In this document: positions 22,330 to 34,715 of the stretch, piece by piece
How the letters are laid out: each line of letters begins with the position of its first letter
Position numbering within the stretch: position 1 is the stretch's first letter
Source: Albugo candida
Lineage: Eukaryota
Direction of reading: 5' to 3'
DNA length: 42,816 bases
NCBI GenBank assembly: GCA_040437565.1
Contig: JBDOQK010000092.1
Span: 1-42,816 of the forward strand
Notes under the pieces: generated by a model
Told to the model about the DNA's origin: nothing
What the model saw: the letters and a program-made list of their open reading frames with translations, nothing else
The model's database searches: none
Translations under genes and position numbers: made by a program

Positions 22330-25165
22330 CCATAGAAACAATGACAATTATGTCGATGAGTTTCGCACGTTTCTGATGTCCTTCGTTTTTTGCAATTGTG
22401 ATTGCACTTGGTTGTCTTCGTATACACTGACGGGACCGTCAATCTTGATCTTCACCTCGATTAAAAGAGACTTTGTCCACAACACTTCTGAACAATGCCA
22501 CGTATAATCGGCTACCGCCGTAATTAGATCGGAACTGTGTTGCATTTTTGACTTGAAAATCACTGGAGAGTTGTTGATCATGACCATCACACCTGACGTC
22601 GAACTTCGGTTGTCCGTGTTACTTACGCAATCAGCATCACTGAATGCACTCAGCATTACCTCGCATGACTTGCTCCCATAGAAAATTCCATTCACTTCAG
22701 TAGTCTTTGAGTAACGTAAAACACGAATAGCAGCATTCCAGTATTTTTCACTTGACTTCTCCAAATGACTACTCAATTGGCACACGGCGAGCGCAATATC
22801 TGGTCTTATTCCTGTATTCACGTACAACAATTCTCAACTAGAGACTAATACGGACGATTCTCCATTCTCGGGTCCTTTTCTTTACACTTGACCAGATTTT
22901 GACCTTCCACACTTAGATTTTACCGGTTTTGCCGTGACTTCGTTAAACTTCTCTACCATTCTGGCGATGCATGCACTCAGACTGATCTTGAGCTGTACAC
23001 ACTCAAATTGTACTCGACTTTGAGTGCCGCGAATAAAGCGCACTTTACCTAGCTTCTAAGCTGAAAATGACTTGATAGTTCGTCTGCGACCTTCTTGAAC
23101 GAGTTAGTTCGACACCCTCCAACAAGCATGTCATCGAGATACAAAATCACGTATACCCATGAACCCAGGTCATCTTGACGAGAAAATACGCACGCATCCG
23201 AAGCACATGCTTTGAATCCCATGTCCAGAAAAACACGTGAAGTTGTCTTAAACCACGTAGCAGCAGCTTGCTTTAGTCCGTACAAACTCTATTTCAGATT
23301 TAGAGCTTGATGAGGCCGCATTTCAACACCTTGGGGCGTCTATATACACATCTTCTTTGCCCATACCATTGATAGTCAACATCGTACCGATTGATTGCCA
23401 TAACGTTATGAAAGCATACTACCAGGAAGACACGAATCGGATTTATATTCGAGACAGGTGAGTACGAATCGGATTTATATTCGAGACAGGTGAGTACGTC
23501 TCGTAGTAATCGACTACATCGGTTTGACGATGACCTAATGTCACTAGTCGAGTCTTGTAGCGCTCAATTTCACCGCGTTCATTTCTCTCTACAGCAAAAA
23601 CCCACTTTGTTCCGATCAATTTTTTATTCGGAGGTTTCGCCAACCCGGTCCACGTGTTCATTGAGTCCAATGGCTTTAGATCGGTCTTGATTACCTCACA
23701 CCACATCTTCAATTGGAGAGACTTCATCGCATCTTATCATATTGACGGTGTTTCTACACTGCTTTGCTTGTTCATACTCGAGGCGGTATCTTATCTTTGC
23801 GCGCTCCACTGATTCATCACCGGTTGTATTCACGATGACGTCTGATGTTGCAATTGGAACAGGACTTGAAAATGTTTACTCCATGGTAGTTCAAGTAGGG
23901 CATTGCGCTCACTCACTTGAGAAAAAGCTTCACCCCTCCTGGGCACAATGTCGAGACTTGTAATCATGGTTACATCATCAATTTCAAACAGTGCTTGAGA
24001 TACATCCACGATTTCTTGGCTGAGACTTAAACATTCATATTCACGCGAAGACGAAAAGGTTTGATCATATCCAGTCTGATCCACCATTATTGGGTTTTAG
24101 TCACTCCGGGCATGAACAACTGGTGATTGCACCATGCCATCATCATCATCGTCATCATGATGCGTGCATGGTGTGAATTGACAATTACCAACAACTTGCA
24201 CGTATTTGGACTTCGGTAATTCTTGAAATATCACTTATCGCGTAATCTCCAGTCTGTGAGCCATAATTGCAGAGACTGTATCTCTTCACATCATGTGCAT
24301 TCCCCAAGAACATGCGTCGAAATGCCGTGTTGTCCGTTTATGACGCTTTGCCTTTACAACGTGACCGAAACCTTGAGCACAAACACTCGCATGTGTGATA
24401 GGTTAGGTTTGGTTTAAAATCACACATCGAATGGAGTTTTGGTCAGACTAGCAGCGCATTTAATTCGATTGGTCACATACACCGCGGTGTTAATGGCTTC
24501 GGCCCACCACTTTTTCTCGACGTGCATGTGATTTTGGCATGGCTCTTGTGTGCTCCGTGAGTGTTCTGTTCAATCGTTCTGCCATACTGATTTGCTGTGG
24601 CGAATACGGCACTGACGCTTGATGAATGACACCCGACTTCCGACACACTTCTGCAAGACGCTTGTTTATACATTCTCTACCGTAATCGGTGCGAATACAC
24701 TTAATCGTGGTGTTCAATTGGTTTTTTATCATCGACTTGTACTCAATACATTTTTTCATCACATCTGACTTCTTTACTATGAAATACATAACCACATACC
24801 GCGTATGTAGCGAATTTTGCTCCACTCTGTGACTTGGTCTCCATTGGATCCATAACATCACTTTGAACTATCTGAAGCAGTGATGTGGTCCTTACTTCAC
24901 CGTACCTTGATTTCGGAAACGGTTTGACGGTCGATTTCCCAGTCACACATACTTCACACATATCGTCGTCCTCATCACCGACCGAGGACGAATCTTTTAG
25001 GCCACACCTATATGTACCCCACCCCTTGCTAATTGTGTCCCAGATTAATAGCCGTGCACAAGCCCCGATAAACTTCCTCGCGTTGCGAAACTGTTCGGAC
25101 GTGTAAATAATTGTTTCACCCTCTGTTTTCAACTACGCGCTATACCACTGGGAGCACCCCCTTCT
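22330..25165 (-). mobile_element. pol: Second Ty1/Copia pol relic (IN, RT, RNase H), no LTRs visible
   Basis: CEVCVTGK..PFP, QSDVMDPM, IRTDYGRE, PYSPQQISMAER, IGTKWVF, ETYSPVS, YGLKQAA, LYLDDML, FSDADC, YEDNQ. Confidence 0.92.
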
Positions 25166-25259
25166 ATGTGGAACTTTCATATTTCTAATATGTTAATATT
25201 ACTAATGAAAAACTTTGACCAACTATTTGTTCAGGTTTTTTATAATTATTTGTAATAGG

Positions 25260-25843
25260 AGATGTAACTGGCGTTATTCTTTGCAACAAAGGGCATGTAT
25301 GAATCCAAACGGAACATGGGGTCTCACAGACCGCGACATTGCCAGTCTTGAAGCGTACCACCGTCCCACCTTCGCCGCGTCCTCCACGTCCACTACCCAC
25401 AGAACATCAGCAACGCAGATCTGTACAAGCGCTTTAACACAAAACCTCTGCAAATCCACCTGACGAGGTCTCGATGGAGACTCTTCGGTCATATTCTTCA
25501 CCGCGCACAACCTATTCCATCTCAACTGAACATGCTCCGATACTATGATTCTCCTGGTAAAATGCCGGCTCATCGGGGCCGTACACCTACTTGCCCCCCA
25601 GTCAATCTCGACAAGGACCTACGGCTTGACCTAAATTCCAGTCTACGTCTCCGCAATACGGCAGATCTATACGCCCTGTCAATTATAGCACAAAACCGCG
25701 CCATATGGAAAGAACTTACTCAGCGTCTCTACAGTAGCCAGGAATTAATTTACCGGAATGAAGAAAAAGTCAGGAGTAAGCGAAAGCTTGAGTTCGTTAA
25801 TACGGACTTAATGCCGCCGCGAAAATGCTCATAATAATAATAA
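25260..25843 (+). mobile_element. 5'-truncated RTE-clade non-LTR retrotransposon with (TAA)n tail
   Basis: TWGLT..IASLEAYHR, YPQNISNADLY, RWRLFGHIL, RGRTPT, AQNRAIWK, then ATAATAATAATAA at 25831-25843. Confidence 0.85.
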
Positions 25844-25949
25844 CATATGAATTCAACTATACCAAAGATGCACTAGACAAGAATTGGGGACATGTCCGCC
25901 TGTCATGACATACTCTCTTGCACTGGCTACATTTCGGTTGGGGTCAAGG

Positions 25950-27960
25950 TCCACTTTCAGTATGCTAAAAAAAAAACGGATCTCGCTTAGAAGATTCAGC
26001 TCGTACTGGTCGGCCACGAGTATGTACAATAGCGGCTTCTTGGACCAGAGATGTTGTGGGATTGTCCAGTGAACCAAGAGAAGCAGTCAAAATGATTTGC
26101 TGGCGTGGATTCATTGCCGAATGGCGCCCTCCTCCAGTTTCATAACCTCTGAAAAAAAATTCCTTTTGCTGAGCTTCTACTCGACGACGCCGCTTCGACC
26201 ACCAGCGGTTGTTAAAGAGAGACATTTCTAACTGGGAATTGTTCCTTAAAACTGTCCGTAAATCATGCTTGCATTAAGGCCCATTGTTTCTCTAAAAGTT
26301 CTGGTGCAAGGCGATAAACCTTCCGAAGAAATTAAGATCTCATACTGCTGGTGGACCTGAACGAAATAGACACGCAAACAAGGTTATATCAATCAGTGGT
26401 CATAAAATCCTCAAAAAAAATGATTGATATCCTAGTTTTCTTCATGAGTACTTAGACACCTTCCGCACAACCTTTTCTCAGAATAGTGATGCGCAATCGT
26501 ATGAGGTTTGCATACTTTCTAAGGCAATGCATCTTCTAATTTCTCTCCGTTATGCCGGCCAGCTAAAACCACTTTCCCGTAAACTCCATGAATATCGGAG
26601 GTGGATACAGCGATCCATTATTCTAAGTAGCTGTGACTTCCTTCAACCCTTGATGTGACATTGGGACCAAAATGAACCTTGCGTCTTCTCCATGCCCCAA
26701 CAAAACGTTCCCGGTGTGGCCGCCAAGTAGGCTGCGAATATCGCGAGATGGCTACAGGAACGCTTTCCTATATTGTTCTCCAAGAAGATGCGTAGTATTC
26801 TTCTCTTTTTGCTGAGCATTACTGTTTTCACTTCTGAAAAACTCATCGTATTCCTCTTTTGTACAAGAATTACCTTTTGTCTTCGTCGTACAGTTCACGA
26901 TCAAGTATAACAGTAATACGGTGCAAACGGAGGAACAGTTTCAGTACCTATATCTCCCTGACAGGATACTAAAATAAAAAAAACTACAGAAGTGAAGAGG
27001 GGCTCAAACACATGCCTGAATTCCTCGAAAGCCCATGCATAGTCATTTTCGCACTCTTCTGATAGAAAGAAAAAGGAAAGTGAAATCGTCTGATATTGTG
27101 AGAGTAACGCCAACAATGTGTAATAACGGCATTTTATATATAATTGAGAAATATTGAATAAAACATCTGACTTGAAATTGAACGCGTCTCAATGCATAAT
27201 TACCTGTTGGTCTTGTAATTAGAACCGTCACAAAAATTAAATTAGATGTGAATTCTTTTGCCACAGATATAACAGAGTTGGGTGCAATAAACAAGCGACG
27301 TAAACGTCCGGCGTAGTCAGCGTTTGCCTCGTGATGAACATTATCTTCATCCAAAAGGTCCAACAGAGCTTAAATTGGGCGACGGCCGTCCAAAGCATTC
27401 GTAGGCACCTAAGTGAAAGATAGTCAGCGCAGTCTTCATTTTCCAACATACTCGTTGTCGCTGACACTCGTGGTGTACCAACGTTTTGTTTGTCGTTATA
27501 CATGTCCTTACCAGCCGCCAGGCAATCTTGGTCTACTTGTCGCATACTAGCCAGTATTACCTTTGGTGTTGCTCCTACCCGTGACATGTCAGCTACGATT
27601 GCTACTTTTTTCACTCAAGGTGCGGTGAACTAGGTACGCGGATACGTCATCTGTTGCACCGTGACCTTGATGAGTAGGGTTAACAACATCCAGTTGCCAA
27701 ACGGCACTCTCCGATGGGCATCCTGTACGTTTTAAAGATGGTTTTTGCAGGATTTGACCAACCCTCTTATACGGCCCGCCGTGTGCACATTTCAGCCAAA
27801 CTTTTCTGATCTCCGTTCCTGTTTTTTTTGTAGCGCAAATCCGCCGTGGCAAAGCCTGAGTTTTAGCAAACTCCTGCACAGAAACTTCGAAATTCCAAGG
27901 AGGCAAAATGTGCTGAAGGTAGTGCTTCGAGTGGCATAGCGGGAGGTAAAAACAGAGTTA
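25950..27960 (-). mobile_element. Mutator/MULE (FAR1-MULE-SWIM) transposase relic
   Basis: FAR1-like KVWLKCAHGG...KRTGCP...VNPTH; YKTNR/YKMPLLHIVG; EECENDYAWAF; SWIM-like CTRTFRETMGL-CKH; C-terminal HTRGRP...KRDP. Confidence 0.85.
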
Positions 27961-28105
27961 AGAACAGAGGTGAAAACAGAGGTGAATATCACTGGTTACA
28001 CTCTCGAAAAAATTCGTAACAGGAGGAAGCTGACGCGTCCGAAAAATTTCGCGAAGCGAGGAAGTTTTTCCAGGCTTTCAATTGGCTATTAATTGAGGGA
28101 ATTTA

Positions 28106-29377
28106 CAGTACCCTCCGGAAGAGATTGTCGGCTTTCTTAAATTTGGACTCATAAGCGCAAGCTTGCGCTTGAACAAACCACTGCCGCGCCCCCAAAACAC
28201 AGAAATACTTTAACATCCGAGGGACGTTTGCGCATTGTTGGAATAAGGCAGGCTAGTACCAAAGTTGCAGAAATTGTCTGCAACTCAAGGACAGATGCGA
28301 CGCATCATGGAGAGGTGATATAAAGAAAACACACTTATGCCAAAGAAAAGCCCTGGAAGGCCAAAAAAACTTTCAGGAAGGGACGTCGGAGCTCTAGTCC
28401 GCAGCACCAAGGGTGCAGGACGTTGTACGTTGGCCGAAATCACCATCAACATGCCAACTAGAGCTGGTCAGACTGCAGTCAAAGAGACTTTACATGCCGC
28501 TGGTCTCTTTTCTCGAGTGGGGGTTAAAAAGCCTTTTTAAACAAACCAGATACTGCTAAGAGGCTGGACGTTGCAAAAAGATACCAGAATTTTACCATGG
28601 AGTTCTGGAAATCAATCTGTTGGACTGATGAGGCCAGCTTTGAAATCGGGAAGAATTTTCGCCGACCACTGGTTGGTACCTTCTTACAAATCAGGGAGTT
28701 CTTCGGTGATGGTCTGTGTGTACCTTTCAGGATAGCAAGAAGATCAAGCTTGTGCGCATGGCACCAAATCGTCGAATAGCAGCTGACTTTGTCGCACATG
28801 TGTACGATTTGTGAGTTGGCTGGATTCTGGGAAGGCCTTATCAATGCTGGAAGTGTCATACTCATCGAAGATGGTGCGACTATCCATCCCGCAAAAGCGC
28901 CCGAATATGGCGTGACGAGCGCAGCGTTGGCAAGCTAGAATGGACTGCAAACGCTCCTGATCTCAATTCCATTGAGAATGTATGGAAAAGATGAATGCAG
29001 ACATTCATAAGCTCCCCAAAGCCAAAAACAGCGAAGAACGATGGCTCCAACTTAAACAGACTGGTCTTCTATTGATTCAGAGTGGCTACAGCATCTTGTC
29101 AAGTCCATGCCAGAGAGGATCAAAGCAGTAATTGAAGCAAAATGGGGCTCTATTCGCTGGTAGCATGTATTTTTCCTTTGTAGATTATTTTCATCATAAA
29201 ATCATCATTCAGAAAAACATTTCTGCAGGATTGCTGCTTTGTATACTGTAAAAGTTTTGTACCAGATTTCATGGGCAGATTACCCATCAAGTGTGTGTAC
29301 TATGATTCGGAAGAAAACGCTCTTTGTTTCATAGAGTGATAAAAACTGGGGGCGGAAATCTCCTCCGGAGGGTACTG
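28106..29377 (+). mobile_element. Tc1/mariner DD34E transposon, 1272 bp, internally deleted and frameshifted
   Basis: TIRs CAGTACCCTCCGGA(A/G)GAGATT; TA on the left, TG on the right. Motifs SPGRPKKL, WTDEASF, EDGATIH...PDLNSIENVW give D34E spacing if a 1-nt deletion is restored. Confidence 0.9.
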
Positions 29378-29409
29378 TGCAATAAGCAAAGAGGGGGTGT
29401 ACTTATAGA

Positions 29410-30191
29410 AGTTGCACTCTTCGAGGTTTCTCATGGCCTCGATCGGTAAATTTCCCGGTCGTGCATGCCAAATATTTTGACTTATCAGTTGAGCTCCATT
29501 TCCGACCACTTCACTCGCTGCTGCTGATTCCAACGTATCACAGTCCAGCACAAACAACTTACCCTTTTGGTCCACTTGAGTCACCACTTCTTTGTCATTC
29601 TTAATCACACATGTCTTATTGATGATGGTCACATGCAAACCTTTTGTAGAAAATGCACTAATGAAAAAAGTCTACGATCCAGCTTCGGTACGTATAAGCT
29701 ATCTTCAGTACGACTTGGATTCTTGTTCTTAAGCCCAACACGAATTGTTCCAATTCCATCAGCAGTCACTGACTCCCCATTCGCAGCTGAAATTCTAACA
29801 GACTTGTCCAAAGAGCGAATCTTCACAAACTCATCTCGAGATGGGCACATGTGACTACTCGCACCACTGTCGAGTAGCCAATCATCCGAACCATGTTTGC
29901 CAACTGTAAACAATGGTTCGTTATTCTTCTTCTTAACTGGGTTCTTCCAACAATGTTTGTTCTTGTGTCCGTACCTGTTGCAAATAAAACATTTCCCCGG
30001 GAACTTGTTTCTTGATTTCTTCGACCAATTACCAGTGCTCCTGAAGTTCTTGCTGCCTTCGAAGCGACTTCATCTTTCCCTTATAAGCATTGCCTTCCTA
30101 TTCATGACGAAGCATCTCCTTGGAATAGGTCGATGCCTTGCATTTTTTCTATGATCTTATGATCTGTTCGTATTCATCCGACAAATTTCCA
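29410..30191 (-). mobile_element. Copia gag-CCHC / protease / pre-integrase fragment
   Basis: CFICNRYGHKNKHC zinc knuckle, WLLDSGASSHMCP, LYVPKL, IWHARPG. Confidence 0.9.
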
Positions 30192-32249
30192 NNNNNNNNN
30201 NNNNNNNNNNNNNNNNNNNNNNNNNNNNNNNNNNNNNNNNNNNNNNNNNNNNNNNNNNNNNNNNNNNNNNNNNNNNNNNNNNNNNNNNNNNACTCTATAC
30301 CATTACCCCGTTATTATACACCTGATCTTCTGTTGGTTGACCTTCCCTTTACGCATTTGACTTGGTCGAGAACGCTTTAGGCTATTCTTTGACCAAGCTC
30401 AAAATGGTCGTCGATGTACGACGAGTATATAATTGAAACACCCCCTGTTGTCATATTATCATCGGTAACGTGAGATAACTACGGAATGTTTACAAGAAGT
30501 CTGTTGCTTGCCGGGTTGATTCTTTGCTTCGTAAATGGTCTTACCAAGAATGCCTGTTAGGACTAGCGCAATGATCCTTTCGGTCATTATCCATTTGAAT
30601 GTTAGTAGGATATTGCGGTGATTGTATATTCTATTCAGTAAAATGTGACTTTAACGAGGATGCGATATTTGCCAATCTCGAATGTCTTCACTTAATGATG
30701 CACAGGACGCTGTCACCATTTTTGTTCTAGACACCGCCTTCACTATGGCATTTTTCTTCTCATGATCGCCTTGATCCCTAAGCTAATGTCAAAACAGGTA
30801 TCAATGAAAGTTTATTTGATTAAACGAGACAAACTTGGGTCTATAATAGTCGTAAAAAATGACCTTGGTAATCATAGATTCTCGCTGATGGTGCTTCGCT
30901 GGCAAGGCTGACATCAGACTCTCAAAAAATTCTTGCGGAGTGCGACTCTCAATGAGGCCCCTTACTATCGAAATGAGCTCCGGTTCGTATTCTATTTACT
31001 GTAGATCGCATGTTCTGCTTACCACGATAAAAAGTGATCCACAAATCACGATACCTTGTACTGTACTTGCTGTAGACATTAGTATTCTTTGCGCTTACAC
31101 TTTCTGCAATCGGCAGAAATTTACATCAAGATCAATTGGTTGGTATGAGCATTAATTAATTAATGTGCTTCTTTATTATTGAATCTCCTTTTTCGACGTC
31201 ATCACAACCTTGCTTACATATTACTGCATGATACTCCCTTTCGACGAACAATCTCATGAGCACTGATTAAATCGACTCCATGCATGCTCCATTCGAGTTT
31301 TGTGTGATTGGATCATAGTCATCACATGAAGTTACTTACAGCACCAGGGAGTATTTCTACTCTTCAACAAATACTTAACGTCAACGTGTCGTCGCTACTT
31401 TGCTGAACTGAATTATATGCTTCTCATGACTGCTCCCTACCTTTCCCGAAGTCGCACTGCTGATTTTGTAGATTTGACCGATAGTGGAAGCAGTTCAAGA
31501 CCAACAAGTCCTTGACAAGCTTGAGAGCTGATTCGTTAATCCTGTGCTACTGACAATCAACCTGTGCTGTGTGCTGGTCATTGTCGGAATGACATTCAGT
31601 ATTTTTCTCTACTTTATTCTCCTTAAAAGGTTTCATCTTCGCGTTGGATTCGAGCACACAATAGTTGATATCCGTCGCGCTTGATTTATGCTTATTTTTA
31701 GGAATTAGCGTCTAATTTATACAATATTGACATCCCTAGTCCACCTATCTGCAGTTCGAAGCCTTACGCAGGGCTCGATGTTCCGTTTGGAGACCTACTC
31801 TATGTTTTATATAGAACCCTACCCTAATTCTCTCCTTATTTGTTCAAATCATTAGGGCTCGAGACGTGTTATGTTCATAGTATTGCGATATATTTATATA
31901 TCCATCGTATTATTGCTGAGATTCAATACTGGTCAGCGCTCGACTTCAGCACTGTGTATCCTTTACTCCGTTTATTACGTCAGGTTAATCAGGGCTGGTT
32001 TCACAAGCAGCCCTAGCATGTCGCTTGATTTCCTAGTTGCAATCCTATCTTCACGGTGTGAGAAATGAGCTTTCACAAAACGACACAAATATGACTCCCT
32101 GAATGGGTTGGAATCCTTAGACACACATGACATCGTCTGCTAGCGATTTGGCAAAATGAGAGCAATTTTAGGTGTAGTGACCTTGATATAATATCAGAAT
32201 TGTCTTTTGCCTGGTAGAGAATTCAAGGTTGGTTAGAGGGTAAGCTTAC

Positions 32250-32880
32250 ATGCCAAACGATTGACTTGTGGAGGACGAGGAGTACAAATATGCCTTGATT
32301 ACCCGCCGTGTTGACAACCGATACCAACCTCTTCAGCTTGAATACTTACAGGGATAAATCCCTCCCTCTTGACGTAAGCGGCTATCCATTTATGCCCGTA
32401 CCTACCAAATTTGGTACTGTCGAGGTGTTCGTAAAAAAGAATAAGTGTTTTATTATGGGATTTGGTATAGCCACACCGCCTACCTCAAATGAGAACACCG
32501 GTATCGTTACATCCCCTAAATATTCTAAATTATTGGGAAACGGTATCGCCACACACCCTAAATTTTGAATGTCTCTCACTTCACTTATGTGTCGCTCCTA
32601 AAATAGGTGATGCTGGAAGGTTGAAAGGACGTCGTCTTAGCGTCTAGAAATTAACCATTGATACGGAATCAAAAATACGATTGTACAGCTGTACTTAATT
32701 GGACGCAAAGTATCATTAGTACGAAAACGAAAAGTAGGAATGAAGAAATGGATCTTGATGGCAACTATAATAAATAGCAGGATATAATTTCTGAAACAAC
32801 GTGTGATAGGTATCAGGGGGTTTGATGATACCGGTGTTCTCATTTAAGTTAGGGTATGTAGCTACACCAAAAGGGCTGTG
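32250..32880. pseudogene. Two convergent fragments of an unassigned repeat-containing protein
   Basis: Plus strand FGIATPPTSNENTGIVTSP...GNGIATHPK; minus strand FGVATYPNLNENTGIIKPP. A 19-nt identical inverted core lies at 32487-32505 / 32827-32845. Confidence 0.45.
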
Positions 32881-32884
32881 TGAC

Positions 32885-33090
32885 TGTACCGGATTCCTTT
32901 ATTATCGGAAGGTCCTTAGTTCGCTACCCTGCCTTCAAGCCTCTCCTCCTAGCATGAATCCTGCTTAAGTCAGCCATATGACGCTGTAAGAACACGGTTT
33001 ACTTGCGCAAGATATAAAGTATATGTGATTCGGATGATGAGATGTATGTCTATCCATGAGGAATATGTTCTTCACATATTCATCATGACA
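32885..33090 (-). repeat. Gypsy LTR (206 bp), 3' copy
   Basis: TG...CA ends; same length as and homologous to 39973-40178. Preceded on the element strand by purine-rich CCGGAAGA and a chromodomain-like remnant (HGYPEYDIT*). Confidence 0.8.
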
Positions 33091-33264
33091 TCTTCCGGAC
33101 ATGATTTCGCGCTGGAGTTGATTGAGAAGTTCCGACCAAAATGCGAAACTTGATTGATCTCCTTCCCATATTTTCAAGTGATATCATACTCTGGATAACC
33201 ATGACATAAACAAGCCATTGGCGCTGATCCTAGTACTATCAAAAAATCAATAGTTTGTCCACGA

Positions 33265-33820
33265 TAAATAATGGGAATTACTACTTCCACCCACGGCGTG
33301 ACTTTTTCACCAATCAGATTACGGCGTAATTTCCACCCAAGTTTCTTACTATTTCCACCCACCTTTTTATGATAGGGGCACTTCACTCAGAAGTTTTGAT
33401 TGGTAGACCCACCCTGGATGCATATAATCTGCCATGANNNNNNNNNNNNNNNNNNNNNNNNNNNNNNNNNNNNNNNNNNNNNNNNNNNNNNNNNNNNNNN
33501 NNNNNNNNNNNNNNNNNNNNNNNNNNNNNNNNNNNNNTTAGCTGATCTAGAATTGGGATTCTAGAAAGGTGTGCAACTATGAGTTCTGATACCTTCGATC
33601 GGCGTGCAGGACTGTGAAACTGTAGCCATAGAGTGAAAAGTTGATTGGAAATAAAGCCGTAATTTGATTGGTCAGAAAGTCACGACGTGGGTGGAAATAG
33701 CAACTCCCTAGTAAAAAAACTTGGGTGGAAAATAACGCCGTAATCTGATTGGTGAAAAAGTCACGCAGTGGGTGGAAATAGCAAAATGTTGGGTGGAAAT
33801 AGCAATTACCTAAATAATTG
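33265..33820. repeat. Inverted-repeat arms built of TTTCCACCCA / CCAATCAGATTACGGC subrepeats (foldback/MITE-like)
   Basis: Perfect 32-bp inverted match 33296-33327 / 33735-33766, with several TTTCCACCCA copies per arm. A gap lies between the arms. Confidence 0.7.
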
Positions 33821-34715
33821 GTGATCTGTATCGTACGTACCAATAGACGCGGACTTCAATATTGGTCTCATTCCAGAATTCCTTGGTCTTGGCGCCTAAA
33901 TTGTCAAAAGCTCGACGTTGAACGTTGGATGTAAACGAATAGCTTCAAAGGTAGACGGACCTACAGAAACGTTTTGACCAATCATCTTGATGATGCGGAA
34001 TGGTTCGATTCGTCTTGTAGCAAGTTTAGACTATATTTCGACTCCACCGGCCATGCAGAATCTTCCGCGTAGATAGTATTCAGGAGAGCTGAATCTCCAT
34101 CGTTAAAGATGGCTTCTCGACATGTTTTCTTCGTAATACTGTTTCTGCCAAGCTTGCAAGGCAAATGAATTTTCTCGAGCGAGTTCAATTAACGGCTTTC
34201 GGTCGTTCAAAAACTTTGTGCATTATCTGCAATTGATATATTTTACAGCACATTTGACAACTCATTTTGTGTAATTGAGTATGGTTAACGACCCGTATCA
34301 ATCTGAAACGGAGAAAAAAAAGCTTGTCGACGTGCTAATAAGTGTTGCGTGTGCCTACTCTATGTGACTCAAATGATGAACCCAATCAATCCCATTGTAC
34401 GAAAACAAGCAACTTGATGCATCTTCAAGCACCAAGTTATGGCAATCGATTTGGCCATCTCTCTGAGCTCGATGTGCAGTCGTCATGCTCAATTTCACTC
34501 CTATCACTTGCATAAGTGATCTCCAAATTTAGAGGTAAATCTTCGATCCTTGTCACTTATGATAACGTGCGGTGATCCGTGTAGCGTATGACTCCATCAT
34601 GAACATCTAAGCCGCNNNNNNNNNNNNNNNNNNNNNNNNNNNNNNNNNNNNNNNNNNNNNNNNNNNNNNNNNNNNNNNNNNNNNNNNNNNNNNNNNNNNN
34701 NNNNNNNNNNNNNNN

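Noticed and set aside
22330..30191. Treating pol (22330-25165) and gag/PR (29410-30191) as one Copia split by nested insertions
   Set aside because: Both pieces appear to carry their own pre-integrase region, and no shared LTRs or TSD are visible. Left unjoined, though not excluded.
33265..33820. CRISPR-like repeat-spacer array
   Set aside because: The repeats are short, irregularly spaced and inverted between arms, with no unique spacers or cas genes. The context is eukaryotic.
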